64,000 nucleotides of DNA from Thermoplasmatota archaeon (GCA_029762535.1 JARVGK010000001.1:1-64000); one strand, 5' to 3'. Positions 46,706 through 56,531 are shown, counted from the stretch's first letter. The notes: generated from the sequence alone by a model not told the origin. Numbers and translations: made by a program.

Positions 46706-47368
46706 TTATTTAAAACTAGGTCGCCCCTTTCCGATGTCGATCCCAACGATGCCGTCCAAGACCTTCTCGACATTCTCTCTGATCCCAGCCTTCAAAGCTT
46801 CCTGCTCCAGTCTGTCCGCCTCGACCCGTGTTATCGGATATCTTGGTGCGGCCATGCATGAAGGGGCGTCCTTTATTGATAGGTCGAAGGTGCCGATCCC
46901 TTTGGCTATGGACTCGATGTCCAGCTTGTCAAAGCCGATCAGAGGCCTCACCACAGGATGCATCAAACCATGGCCCACCGCCGCAAGGTTGTGAAGGGTC
47001 TGCGAAGCGACCTGTCCGAGGGAATCGCCCATAACGATCAGGTCCGCGCCTACCCTTTCGCAGAACCCGTCCGCAACCATGAGCATCGCCCTTTTACAGA
47101 GAAGGCACGTGTACTTCGGGTTCGAGCTGTGCTCGAAGGAGGATAGGTTGATCTCATGCATGGCCCGATAAAGGGCGACCCTTCCGGGATGGAGTTCCTC
47201 CAATCTGCTTGCGATGGAGAGTATCTTCTCAGAATCATCACCACCGGAGAACCTGCCCGAGTTCATATTCAATATCGCGACATCATACCCCTTACGCAGT
47301 ATCATATGGGTGGCGACCGGGGAATCGATACCGCCGGACATCAGCGAGACGGACCTCAGATCACGCAC
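46706..47368 (-). CDS. ThiI-like PP-loop tRNA sulfurtransferase catalytic domain (no THUMP)
   Basis: 'SGGIDSPVA', 'CLLCKR', 'GDSLGQVASQTLHNL', 'RPLIGFDK', 'IGTF..C'. Confidence 0.88.
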   Translation of the reverse strand: MRDLRSVSLMSGGIDSPVATHMILRKGYDVAILNMNSGRFSGGDDSEKILSIASRLEELHPGRVALYRAMHEINLSSFEHSSNPKYTCLLCKRAMLMVADGFCERVGADLIVMGDSLGQVASQTLHNLAAVGHGLMHPVVRPLIGFDKLDIESIAKGIGTFDLSIKDAPSCMAAPRYPITRVEADRLEQEALKAGIRENVEKVLDGIVGIDIGKGRPSFK

Positions 47369-47726
47369 CTCCGAGGCGTTCTATCAGCTTCGCGAGCCGC
47401 ATCACGTCATCCGGATCTATCTTGAACTCCTCTATGAATGGGCATCCCTCGTCAAGGCACGGGACCATCGATGCTACGTCCATCACCAGAGGGTACAATC
47501 CGCAGCCCTCCGGCCTGATCTCGTATATCCCGCATCTTCCAAGTGGATCGAGGAAGAAGCACCGGCCATTGACGTTCCTCAGCGTCAGGGCATCGTCCAT
47601 ATGGATGTGGAAACCGGAGAACCCCGCCTCCGTGATCCTCTTAACGTCCTCCGGTGTCAGCTCCATCTCGGTGCCGATGCAGCAGTGGCTGCAGCTGTGC
47701 CTTCGGCATACATCACCGCCCGTCAG
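47361..47726 (-). CDS. YkgJ/UPF0153 family CxxCxxCC cysteine-cluster protein
   Basis: In-frame extension upstream of the track ORF gives 'CRRHSCSHCCIGTEMELT'; 'CFFL..CGIYEIRPEGCGLYP'. Only candidate start is CTG 47726. Confidence 0.85.
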   Translation of the reverse strand: MTGGDVCRRHSCSHCCIGTEMELTPEDVKRITEAGFSGFHIHMDDALTLRNVNGRCFFLDPLGRCGIYEIRPEGCGLYPLVMDVASMVPCLDEGCPFIEEFKIDPDDVMRLAKLIERLGGA

Positions 47727-48214
47727 ACCCTCTTACCCCCCTCGATCGTGACCCCCGTCTGACCCTGATAGTTGCCGGACCTCTCCTCGTAAAGCTTCCC
47801 CGGAGGCGAGGACAGCTTGAGGAACACGATCTGGAACAGCCTCTCCCCTATGGGGATCGCTATCCTCTCCGGGCCCGCGTTCGCCATCGAGACGGTGAGC
47901 GTGCCCTTGAAGCCCGCATCCACCATGCCGAAACCGCCCATGAGCCCCTTCCTCAAATAAGTGGTCCTCAGCCAGAGGTTGGCTCCGAGGTCCGGGGGCA
48001 TCTCTATGCGCTCTTTCGTGGATACCAGGCACCACATGCCGGGATCCAGGTACGCCTGCCCGATGGTGACTTTGGATTCGGGGTCCCTGTAATAAACCTC
48101 GGACACGGTCAGGTCGTATCCGTTTGGGGTAAGGTTCTTCTCCCGAAAGGGATCGATCCTGAGCGTTCCTTTCTGCAGTAGATCGATGATGTTCTGGTCC
48201 GAAAGGATGGTCAT
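47723..48214 (-). CDS. dcd: dCTP deaminase/dUTPase family protein
   Basis: 'ILSDQNI', 'PNGYDL', 'VDAGFKGTLT', 'GERLFQIVF', 'YQGQTG'. Confidence 0.88.
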   Translation of the reverse strand: MTILSDQNIIDLLQKGTLRIDPFREKNLTPNGYDLTVSEVYYRDPESKVTIGQAYLDPGMWCLVSTKERIEMPPDLGANLWLRTTYLRKGLMGGFGMVDAGFKGTLTVSMANAGPERIAIPIGERLFQIVFLKLSSPPGKLYEERSGNYQGQTGVTIEGGKRV

Positions 48215-48258
48215 ATGACCGTTAATGTACGAAGAGCTTAAAGCCTTTGTCCAAGACC

Positions 48259-49458
48259 CTATGTATGTTGAGGATCCTCAGCGACCCCGGGATGAGGGCC
48301 GTAAACAGGCTTTCCGTAGAAAACGGTCTCGGCCCCCATCCTTGCGGTGTGTAGGTCGCCAAGGGCCGTCATCCTTCCGGTCGGGAGGGGCCCTGGTCCG
48401 CCGAACGCCGGTATGACCACGCTGATGAGGACATCGACCGCCCCCTCCTCCATCGTCCGAACCGCGGCCTCGGACCTCCCGTCCATCAACACGGAACCCA
48501 TGCCATGTTCCATGAGAAGGCTCGGGACCATCTTTCCCGATGTATCCCATTGCGGCCGGGTCAGGGACCCGCCGCGATGGATGGTACCTTCCGGATCCAC
48601 GTATCCCTCCATCTCGCTGCTTAGCCTGCGGCCCAGTATTTCAAAGGCCTCGCTACGAACATCGTAAGGCACCCTTCCGTCGAGGGACGACAGGCGCATC
48701 ACAGCGATGAAAGGTCCGGCTCGCTTCTTTTCCCTGGCCCTGGATATGTACCTCAGAAGGTCCCCGGTCTCCAGCATGAAGGGATGGAGGTCCTCCTCCA
48801 ATCTGTGCCCCATTCGCTCTATCTTGGTCCTTATATAGAAGAGGTTGTCCGGTCCGATATCCGGGTCCGTCCTGACCATGCCGGAGATGGCCATTCCCAG
48901 CCTCCTGAGCTTTTCGACCTTGTCGGGGTTGTTCGTGATCAATCTGATCGAGCGGGCGCCTAATGCGTCCAGGATGGACTTCGCCGCGGCGTAGTCCCTC
49001 TCCTCTGCGCGATGGCCCAGGGCGAGGTTCGCATCCACCGTATCGTAACCTCTGTCCTGCAGGTTGTAGGCCTTTAGCTTCTGGGCGAGCCCGATACCCC
49101 GCCCCTCCTGCCTCAGATACACGAGGACGCCTCGCTCCTCCTCGCTGAGCATCCTCATGGCCTGATGTAGCTGCGGACCGCAGTCGCATCGCAGGGATCC
49201 GAACAGATCACCAGTGAGGCATTCGGAATGCACCCGTGTCAAAACATGTTCAGCGCCATGCACATCTCCCTTGACGAGGGCGATATGCTCCTTGCCCGCC
49301 CCGTCCCTGAAGAGATGGATCCTGAACCCACCCTCCTTGGTGGGAAGCCTGGTGGCAACCTCATGGAGAAGACCCCCGTGAAGTGTTTTTTCGGAACTGA
49401 TCAAAGATAAGGGGTACCCTTCCTGTCCTATACGGGTCAGAGTTTCTGTAGGTGGCAT
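48259..49458 (-). CDS. ribA: GTP cyclohydrolase II fused to a degenerate RibD C-terminal domain
   Basis: 'RVHSECLTGDLFGSLRCDCG', 'QEGRGIGL..KLKAY', 'ITNNPDK'; C-terminal 'PFIAV..SSLDG', 'SVLMDG'. Confidence 0.92.
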   Translation of the reverse strand: MPPTETLTRIGQEGYPLSLISSEKTLHGGLLHEVATRLPTKEGGFRIHLFRDGAGKEHIALVKGDVHGAEHVLTRVHSECLTGDLFGSLRCDCGPQLHQAMRMLSEEERGVLVYLRQEGRGIGLAQKLKAYNLQDRGYDTVDANLALGHRAEERDYAAAKSILDALGARSIRLITNNPDKVEKLRRLGMAISGMVRTDPDIGPDNLFYIRTKIERMGHRLEEDLHPFMLETGDLLRYISRAREKKRAGPFIAVMRLSSLDGRVPYDVRSEAFEILGRRLSSEMEGYVDPEGTIHRGGSLTRPQWDTSGKMVPSLLMEHGMGSVLMDGRSEAAVRTMEEGAVDVLISVVIPAFGGPGPLPTGRMTALGDLHTARMGAETVFYGKPVYGPHPGVAEDPQHT

Positions 49459-49605
49459 TTTTCACACCCTCCATGTAACTTCGGGGCTTGCCCCATGGAT
49501 ACATACAGGGATGAAGAAGAAGTCGTTTTGCATATATCCGACCCCTTACATTTACGGAAGGAGGTCTAATAGGGCCGAATCTTCGAACGCAAGCGATGAT
49601 GGCCC

Positions 49606-50814
49606 CTATCCGGTATGCCTTCTCATGAAGTTCCCCATCCTCTCGAATGCCTCCTGCAACATTTCCTCTGTCGGGAGGATGACGATGCGGAAATGCCCGG
49701 ACCCGTGCTCCTCACCGAATCCCGATCCGAAAACCGTAAGGACCTTTTCCTCGTTGAGGAGGTCCAGGACGAACTCCTTATCGGTGTTCCAACCTTCTTG
49801 GGCCATACCGTCTATGCGGGGGAACATGTAGAAGGCACCTCCGGGGTTCTGGACCGAGATCCCCTCGATCTCGTTCAGCATCCTGAAGGAGAGGTCCCTC
49901 CTCCTTCTGAGCCTGGACATCGTATCTGATATATGGTCCCTAGGGCCCGAGAGCGCGCGGGCGTAGGCGTGCTGGCAGATCGAGTTCACGCACAGCCTCG
50001 CCCTGGCCTGCCTCTCGATGCCGTCCCTTATCTCGGAGAGCCTCTCATCGACGTCCCTTATGGAGAGATAGCCTATCCTCCATCCCGGGGCGAGGTATAT
50101 CTTCGAGATCCCGTTCATGGTGATGGTGGGAACGTCCGGACAAACCCTTGCCGTCGATGGCGCGGGGTCGGAGAAGGACATGAGATCGTATATCTCGTCG
50201 GATATGAGGAAGCTCTTACCTTGTTCGGCGACCAGGTCCCCGATGCTCCTTATCACGCTTTCGGGGTAGAGTGCGCCGGTGGGATTGTTCGGGTTTATGA
50301 TGCATACGGCCTTGGTCCTCGGGCCCATGCGTCTGCGTATGTCGTCTATGTCCGGGATCCAGCCCTCGTCCTCGATGCATCCGTAGGGGATCGGTCTTGC
50401 CCCCACCATCTTGCAGTAGGTGATGTAAGGAGGGTATGAGGGGCCCGGGATCAGGACCTCGTCACCGGGCGAGAGCGAGGCGTAGAATATGAGCTGGAGC
50501 GCCTCGGTGACTCCGTGGGTGACCGTTACATCCTCCTCTGCTATCGCGTTCCCCCTGGAGTTCTCGTCCCGGACGATCTCGGATAGGAGCCCGGGTAGTC
50601 CGGGCGAGGGAGCATAGCCGTTGAGATCCTCCTCAAGGCCCTCCTTGACGGCGTCCTTTATGAATCGGGGCGTATCGAAATCGTATTTGTTGGGATCCCC
50701 TATGTTGAGCTTTATGATCCTGTGGCCCTGCCTCTCGAGGCGGTTGGCTGGCAGGACGACGTCCCTGATGGCGTACTCTATGTCGAGGGCATTCGGGTTT
50801 GCCGGGACCTTCAT
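49606..50814 (-). CDS. Class I/II PLP aminotransferase (alanine aminotransferase-like)
   Basis: 'IEYAIRD', 'LNIGDP', 'INPNNPTG', 'SDEIYD', 'SKIYLAPGWRIG'. Confidence 0.92.
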   Translation of the reverse strand: MKVPANPNALDIEYAIRDVVLPANRLERQGHRIIKLNIGDPNKYDFDTPRFIKDAVKEGLEEDLNGYAPSPGLPGLLSEIVRDENSRGNAIAEEDVTVTHGVTEALQLIFYASLSPGDEVLIPGPSYPPYITYCKMVGARPIPYGCIEDEGWIPDIDDIRRRMGPRTKAVCIINPNNPTGALYPESVIRSIGDLVAEQGKSFLISDEIYDLMSFSDPAPSTARVCPDVPTITMNGISKIYLAPGWRIGYLSIRDVDERLSEIRDGIERQARARLCVNSICQHAYARALSGPRDHISDTMSRLRRRRDLSFRMLNEIEGISVQNPGGAFYMFPRIDGMAQEGWNTDKEFVLDLLNEEKVLTVFGSGFGEEHGSGHFRIVILPTEEMLQEAFERMGNFMRRHTG

Positions 50815-50944
50815 CGTATCACACAACAGTGTATGCGGTGCACTTATAAGAAAATACCAGATGTAAAAACAATTTTATAAGACCTCAAGCATAGCAAGCT
50901 GACCGAAACGGGGCCAGGATCCGCATCGGCAGGCAGGAATATTG

Positions 50945-51307
50945 ATGAGGGACAGGGACGAGCCCGAGGACGACATCGTGGAGACAGAGGTAGAAGGCCC
51001 CAGCCAGGGGGAGTACGTCAGGGTACGCCTGCCCAACCGCAGGAAGAACGAGCAGTTCGGGGTCATAGACCAGGCCCTTGGCGGAGGCCATCTAAGGGTG
51101 TTCTGTCAGGACGGGAAGATGCGGATGGGTCGCATCAAGGGCAAGCTCAAGAAGAGGATGTGGATGAGAGAGGGGGACATGGTGGTCCTGATCCCGTGGG
51201 AGTTCCAGGACGAGAAATGCGATGTCACCTACCGCTACACCAGGATCCAGGCCCAGAACCTCGCAAGAAGGGGCGTCGTCCCAAAGCACATGGAATCCCT
51301 GCTCTGA
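50945..51307 (+). CDS. eif1a: Translation initiation factor aIF-1A
   Basis: 'QALGG', 'RIKGKLKKRMWMREGD', 'PWEFQ', 'YRY'. Confidence 0.96.
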   Translation: MRDRDEPEDDIVETEVEGPSQGEYVRVRLPNRRKNEQFGVIDQALGGGHLRVFCQDGKMRMGRIKGKLKKRMWMREGDMVVLIPWEFQDEKCDVTYRYTRIQAQNLARRGVVPKHMESLL

Positions 51308-51337
51308 GGAAGCACAAGTATTATTCACCCCCGGCAC

Positions 51338-52159
51338 ATGCACCTGGCCGTGGAAAAGGAAGATATCTACTCGCTCATCGAGAGGAAGTTCGACAGAAGG
51401 AAGAAGACCGGAACCCGCCTCGTTGATGCGGACCGGTTCAAGACCTACGACGAGGTATTCGACCACCAGAACCTTCAGCACATATACCGTTTGATGACCA
51501 GGGGCGACATCGAAACCCTGGAGTGCCCAATCTCCACCGGAAAGGAGGCCAACGTTTACAAGGCAAACACCGAAAGCGGCATGGCGGCGGTCAAGATATT
51601 CAGGACTGCGACCTCCACGTTCGGAGCGTTCATGGAGTACATCGACGGGGACCGCCGCTTCAAGAACATAGACCGGTCGCACAGGGGCATAATATACACA
51701 TGGGCCAGGAAGGAGTTCCAGAACCTCTCGATCATGCAGAGGGAAAATATTCGGGTGCCCTCTCCCCGGGCGGTCTTCAAGAACGTCCTCGTCATGGACC
51801 TAGTCACCTACGATGGACAACCATCTCCCCAGATAAGGGTCATAGAAGCGGATCCGGGGCATTGGGAGGAACTCTGGAAGTGGGTGAAACGGACGGTCGG
51901 ATCCCTCGTGAAGGACTGCGGGCTGGTCCACGCTGATCTGTCGGAATACAACATACTTTACGACGGAGGGCCCGTTCTCATAGATGTGGGCCAAGCTGTG
52001 GACGTAGGCCATCCATCCGCTTTTGAGTTCCTGAACAGGGATGTGAAAGTGATCTCCGCCTTCTTCGAGAGGAAGGGGATCGAAGGCGCGAGGGCGGAGG
52101 CGCTCAAGCTCGCAGGCAAGCTCATGCCCCCAAAGAACGATCCCCGCCAAGGTTTATAA
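51338..52159 (+). CDS. rio1: RIO1 serine/threonine kinase
   Basis: 'ISTGKEANVY', 'WARKEFQNL', 'VHADLSEYNIL', 'IDVGQAV'; follows aIF-1A. Confidence 0.95.
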   Translation: MHLAVEKEDIYSLIERKFDRRKKTGTRLVDADRFKTYDEVFDHQNLQHIYRLMTRGDIETLECPISTGKEANVYKANTESGMAAVKIFRTATSTFGAFMEYIDGDRRFKNIDRSHRGIIYTWARKEFQNLSIMQRENIRVPSPRAVFKNVLVMDLVTYDGQPSPQIRVIEADPGHWEELWKWVKRTVGSLVKDCGLVHADLSEYNILYDGGPVLIDVGQAVDVGHPSAFEFLNRDVKVISAFFERKGIEGARAEALKLAGKLMPPKNDPRQGL

Positions 52160-52197
52160 ACCGATCCAGGTTATGGGTCGTCGGGTAGGTGCGAACT

Positions 52198-53655
52198 ATG
52201 CCGGAAGAAGAAAGCAGGAAGGTCGTCCTTGACAGGAGCGACTTCGGCACCTGGTACAACGATGTGATAGAGCTCGCCAACCTCAGCGACAAGAGATACC
52301 CCATAAAGGGCATGAACGTCTGGACCCCTTACGGCTGGAAGATAATGCGTCTCATAGACTCTGCCATAAGGAGGGAGTGCGATGCCACCGGACATGGCGA
52401 GGTCAACTTCCCCCTTCTCATCCCGAAGACTGAGTTCCAGAAGGAGGCCGACCATATAAAAGGCTTCGACTCCGAGGTCTACTGGGTCACGCACGGTGGC
52501 CTCGATGAGCTGGACGTGCCCCTGCTGCTCAGGCCAACATCCGAGACCGCGATGTACCCGATGTTCTCGCTATGGGTCCGGTCCCACAACGACCTCCCGC
52601 TCAAGACCTATCAGATAGTGAACACGTTCAGGTACGAGACCAAGATGACCAGGTCGTTCATAAGGGTCCGGGAGATACACTTCTTCGAGGCCCATACCTG
52701 CCATGCCGATGCCGAAGACGCCGAGCGGCAGATCAGGGAGGACTGCGCGATAATGGACAGGGTCGCCAGGGACCTCTGCCTTCCCTATCTCCTGGTCAAG
52801 CGCCCGGACTGGGACAAGTTCGCGGGCGCGGTTTACACCATCGGCGTGGACACGGTGATGCCCTCCATGCGCACGCTGCAGCTGGGGTCTATCCACCAGT
52901 ATCACGAGAACTTCTCCAGGCCCTACGATATCAAATACGAGGGGGCGGACGGGGAACATCACCACGTCCATCAGACCACGTATGGTATGAGCGAGAGGCT
53001 GGTAGGGGCAATAGTTGGCGTACACGGCGACGACAAGGGGATCATACTGCCTCCGAAGGTCGCCCCGATACAGTTCGTGATCATCCCTATACTCGCAAAG
53101 GGCAAGACCGAGATGGTCCTCGAGGAGGCTCGACGGCTCAAAGAGGAGGTCTCAGCCATGGGGTACCGGGTCCATCTAGACGAAAGGGACCAGAGGCCCG
53201 GGTCCAAGCATTACGATTGGGAGATCAAGGGAGTTCCCATCCGGATAGAGCTGGGACCCCGCGATATCGAGGCCGGCACTCTCGTATTCGCAAGAAGGGA
53301 CCTGTCAACGAAGAGGACCGTGTCCCGATCCGATCTAAGGTCCGAGACAAGGCGCGCCATGGATGATATCGAGGTCGAGCTATCGGGCCGCGCCAGGTCC
53401 ATTCTCGACAACGGCGTCAGGTTCGCTGGGTCCCCGGAGGAATACCGGAAGCTCTCCCATGAGGGATGGGACGGCGTGGTCAAGGCCAACTGGTGCGGTG
53501 AAATGGGCTGCGCAGAGAGCATGGAGAGGGCCCTGGACCGGACGTTTTTGGGATACCCCCTGAGCGACAGCGGCGAGGTTGAGACCTCTCCGGGTGGTTG
53601 TTACGAGTGCGGATCGCCGACGGACAAGATCGTCCTCCTCTCCAGGTCCTACTGA
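52198..53655 (+). CDS. proS: Proline--tRNA ligase, archaeal/eukaryotic type
   Basis: 'LRPTSET', 'FRYETK..FIRVRE', 'WEIKGVPIRIELGPRD', C-terminal SRSY. Confidence 0.98.
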   Translation: MPEEESRKVVLDRSDFGTWYNDVIELANLSDKRYPIKGMNVWTPYGWKIMRLIDSAIRRECDATGHGEVNFPLLIPKTEFQKEADHIKGFDSEVYWVTHGGLDELDVPLLLRPTSETAMYPMFSLWVRSHNDLPLKTYQIVNTFRYETKMTRSFIRVREIHFFEAHTCHADAEDAERQIREDCAIMDRVARDLCLPYLLVKRPDWDKFAGAVYTIGVDTVMPSMRTLQLGSIHQYHENFSRPYDIKYEGADGEHHHVHQTTYGMSERLVGAIVGVHGDDKGIILPPKVAPIQFVIIPILAKGKTEMVLEEARRLKEEVSAMGYRVHLDERDQRPGSKHYDWEIKGVPIRIELGPRDIEAGTLVFARRDLSTKRTVSRSDLRSETRRAMDDIEVELSGRARSILDNGVRFAGSPEEYRKLSHEGWDGVVKANWCGEMGCAESMERALDRTFLGYPLSDSGEVETSPGGCYECGSPTDKIVLLSRSY

Positions 53656-53714
53656 GAATGTCGGTAAGGGCGAGGAACCAAAGTTTCAATAGGTCATAAG
53701 CCGATGGGAGAGCG

Positions 53715-54323
53715 GTGACGCCGATGTATTCCCTCGAGGAAGGCACAGCAGCGGTAAGGATCGCCAGAAGCGCCATCGAGAGGCAACTGGGGATCGAAGG
53801 GCCGGCCCCTCCCGTGGCCCCGGCCCCTTTCAAGGAGAAGAGCGGGGTCTTCGTGACATTGAACACGCATCCGGGAAGGGACCTTCGAGGATGTATAGGA
53901 TATGCGGAACCGATAATTCCCCTCAGGGATGCCATAGTCGAGATGGCGAAGGCAGCGGCGACGAAGGACCCTCGTTTCCCAAGGGTCAGGCCGGAGGAGA
54001 TGGGGCGTATATGCGTCGACGTGACCATACTCACTCCTCCGGTCCAGATCAGTTACGGTGATGTGGACGACCTGGTATCCCAGGTAAGGATAGGCAGGGA
54101 CGGCCTCATCGCATCGAGGGGACCATACGGTGGCCTTCTGCTACCCCAGGTCCCAGTGGAATACGGATGGGGGGTCGAAGAGTTCCTCTCCCACACCTGC
54201 ATGAAAGGCGGCATGCATCCGGAGGAGTGGAGGCGCGGCACCGTGGATTTCAAGAGGTTCTCCGGACAGGTGTTCGGCGAGCGATCACCCGGCGGCACTA
54301 TCGAGGAGATGCCCCTGGCCTGA
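53715..54323 (+). CDS. AMMECR1/TIGR00296 family protein
   Basis: 'GVFVTL', 'LRGCIG', 'DPRF', 'GLLLPQVP', 'TCMKGG'. Confidence 0.94.
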   Translation: MTPMYSLEEGTAAVRIARSAIERQLGIEGPAPPVAPAPFKEKSGVFVTLNTHPGRDLRGCIGYAEPIIPLRDAIVEMAKAAATKDPRFPRVRPEEMGRICVDVTILTPPVQISYGDVDDLVSQVRIGRDGLIASRGPYGGLLLPQVPVEYGWGVEEFLSHTCMKGGMHPEEWRRGTVDFKRFSGQVFGERSPGGTIEEMPLA

Positions 54324-54334
54324 GGTGGGTCCCG

Positions 54335-55663
54335 ATGTTCGATCTTGTGATAGAGGGCAGGGTCATTCGGGAAGGTTCTCTCCATGATGCCGCGATATGC
54401 ATCGAGGAGGGGGTCATCAAGGAGATCAGGAACACCGCCACCTCCTCCTCGGGGGAGCGGGACGATCTCGGGCGCTTGCTCCTTCTTCCAGGTCTCATCG
54501 ATACCCACGTCCATTTCCGTGACCCGGGACACACGGCGAAGGAGGATTTCTCCACCGGCACCGCATCCGCGGCCTTCGGTGGGGTGACCACGGTCCTTGA
54601 CATGCCGAACAACTCCCCGCCGATAAGGGACATCAGGTCCTTCGCCGAGAAGTCCGTTGATGTGCGCAGTAAGGCCCATATCGATCACGGACTATACATG
54701 GGTCTGGACGAGGGGTCTTCCGCTGAGGAGCTTATCGCATGCCTTCTCGGGGGGGACCGGAGCGCTAGACCCTGCGCCTTCAAGGCATTCCTGGGCGAGA
54801 GCACCGGATCGTTGTCCTTCGGTCCGATCGGGGGCTTGAGCGCATGGACCTCCCTACTCTCCGGGACCGGGAGCGTCCTCGCGATCCATGCCGAGGACGA
54901 CTCCCTTTTCTCCAAGGCGGCAGCGGGCGAGGCGGACCCCGACATCCTGGACCGCCACGATCGCCGGAGGCCTCCCGCGGCCGAGGCCTCCGCCTTGCGC
55001 CAGGCCCTGAAGGCCGTGGGCCCGGCCTCCCAGAGCCTTCACGTCCTGCATGTGAGCAGCGAGGAGGGCCTGGGTGCCGTGAGAGGGTCGGGATGCACCC
55101 TGGAGGCCACGCCACATCATCTGCTCCTCGACATCAAATGGGGCGAGAGGAGCCTTGAGAACCAGGCGATGTGCAAGGTGAACCCACCTCTGAGAAGGAC
55201 CTTGGACAGGGCGGCCCTCTGGAAAGCGCTGCTGGATGGCACGATCTCGACCCTGGGATCGGACCACGCGCCACATCTGCCTTCCGAGAAGGAAAGGGGC
55301 ATCCTCTCTCCATCAGGGATCCCCGGCGTGGAGACGATGGGGCCGCTTATGCTGCAGAAGGTCAAGGAGAGGAAGCTCCCACTGGAGAGGTTCATGGAAC
55401 TTCTCAGCGAGGCCCCGGCCAAGCGTTTTTCAATGCCTGGAAAGGGGGCGTTGAAGCCTGGAATGGATGCGGATATCGTCGTCATCGATCCGTCCTTTTC
55501 GAAGAGGATAAGGTCCGAGGACCTGCATTCCAGGTGCGGTTGGACACCGTATGAGGGTTTTGAGGGCGTATTCCCCATCAGGACGTATTCGAGGGGCGAG
55601 CTGATCGTGGAAAATGACGTGCTCTGCTCCAAGGGAGGGAGGGGCAGGAACCTCTTCATTTGA
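54335..55663 (+). CDS. pyrC: Dihydroorotase (amidohydrolase family)
   Basis: 'PGLIDTHVHFRDPG', 'GGVTTVLDMPN', 'KVNPPLR', 'SDHAPH', 'GWTPYEG'. Confidence 0.88.
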   Translation: MFDLVIEGRVIREGSLHDAAICIEEGVIKEIRNTATSSSGERDDLGRLLLLPGLIDTHVHFRDPGHTAKEDFSTGTASAAFGGVTTVLDMPNNSPPIRDIRSFAEKSVDVRSKAHIDHGLYMGLDEGSSAEELIACLLGGDRSARPCAFKAFLGESTGSLSFGPIGGLSAWTSLLSGTGSVLAIHAEDDSLFSKAAAGEADPDILDRHDRRRPPAAEASALRQALKAVGPASQSLHVLHVSSEEGLGAVRGSGCTLEATPHHLLLDIKWGERSLENQAMCKVNPPLRRTLDRAALWKALLDGTISTLGSDHAPHLPSEKERGILSPSGIPGVETMGPLMLQKVKERKLPLERFMELLSEAPAKRFSMPGKGALKPGMDADIVVIDPSFSKRIRSEDLHSRCGWTPYEGFEGVFPIRTYSRGELIVENDVLCSKGGRGRNLFI

Positions 55664-55805
55664 TGAAGCACGTCTTTTTTTACCAGTAATTTTCGGGTCT
55701 TTTCTATTGAAGTAGAGGAATTTTTTAAGGAAAATTCGAATTTGACCCCTTTTGGGGCGCAGGTATTATATACGGGGTCTGTATCGAGTTGTCGGAGGCC
55801 TGCCA

Positions 55806-56531
55806 ATGGCTAAGAAGCAGATATCCAAGGAAGCTAAGAAACTCAAGGACAAGTGGAAGTCGAAGCAGTGGTATCCCATTGTGGCTCCCGTGATGTTCAA
55901 CAGGGTGCAGATAGGGGAGACCCTCTCCGACGATCCCGCAAAGCTAAAGGGCAGGACGATAGAAGTGACGCTCCAGGACCTGACCGGGGATTTCAAGCTG
56001 ATGCACGTCAAACTGAAGTTCCAGGTATCCGACTTCTCCACATCCGAGGCCTTCACCAGATACATAGGCCACGATCTGACATCCGACTACATCAGGCGTC
56101 AGACGCGGAGGAAGCGCACAAAGATGGAGGGCGTCTTCGACGTGACCACCAAGGACGGCTACAGGGTGAGGCTCAAGCCCATGGCCATCTCCGACAAGCG
56201 CATACAGAGCTCCGTTCAATACCTGATCAGGAACAGGATGATGGATGTCGTTAACCAGATAGGGTCCACATCCACGTTCCCGGAGCTCGTCAGCACGGTG
56301 CTGACCTCCGAGAGGGAGAAGTCACTCTCCTACAAATTCGTCGATGAATGCCGCAAGATATACCCGATCAAGAGGGTCGATATCAGAAGGATGGACGTTC
56401 TGAGCTATCCGGAGGTCGAGGCCACCGATCTAATATCGTCCATCGCACCGGTCCCCCCTCCCGAGCCCGAGGCCCCCGTAGAGCCCGAGCCTCCCATAGA
56501 GGAGGGGGCCCCAGCAACAGAAACGGCCTGA
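55806..56531 (+). CDS. rps3ae: 30S ribosomal protein S3Ae (eS1)
   Basis: 'KDKWKSKQWY', 'GRTIEVTL.DLTGD', 'DYIRR', 'IYPIKRVDIR'. Confidence 0.97.
   Translation: MAKKQISKEAKKLKDKWKSKQWYPIVAPVMFNRVQIGETLSDDPAKLKGRTIEVTLQDLTGDFKLMHVKLKFQVSDFSTSEAFTRYIGHDLTSDYIRRQTRRKRTKMEGVFDVTTKDGYRVRLKPMAISDKRIQSSVQYLIRNRMMDVVNQIGSTSTFPELVSTVLTSEREKSLSYKFVDECRKIYPIKRVDIRRMDVLSYPEVEATDLISSIAPVPPPEPEAPVEPEPPIEEGAPATETA

Noticed and set aside
49459-49605. FMN riboswitch upstream of ribA
   Set aside because: Conserved RFN segments are not present.
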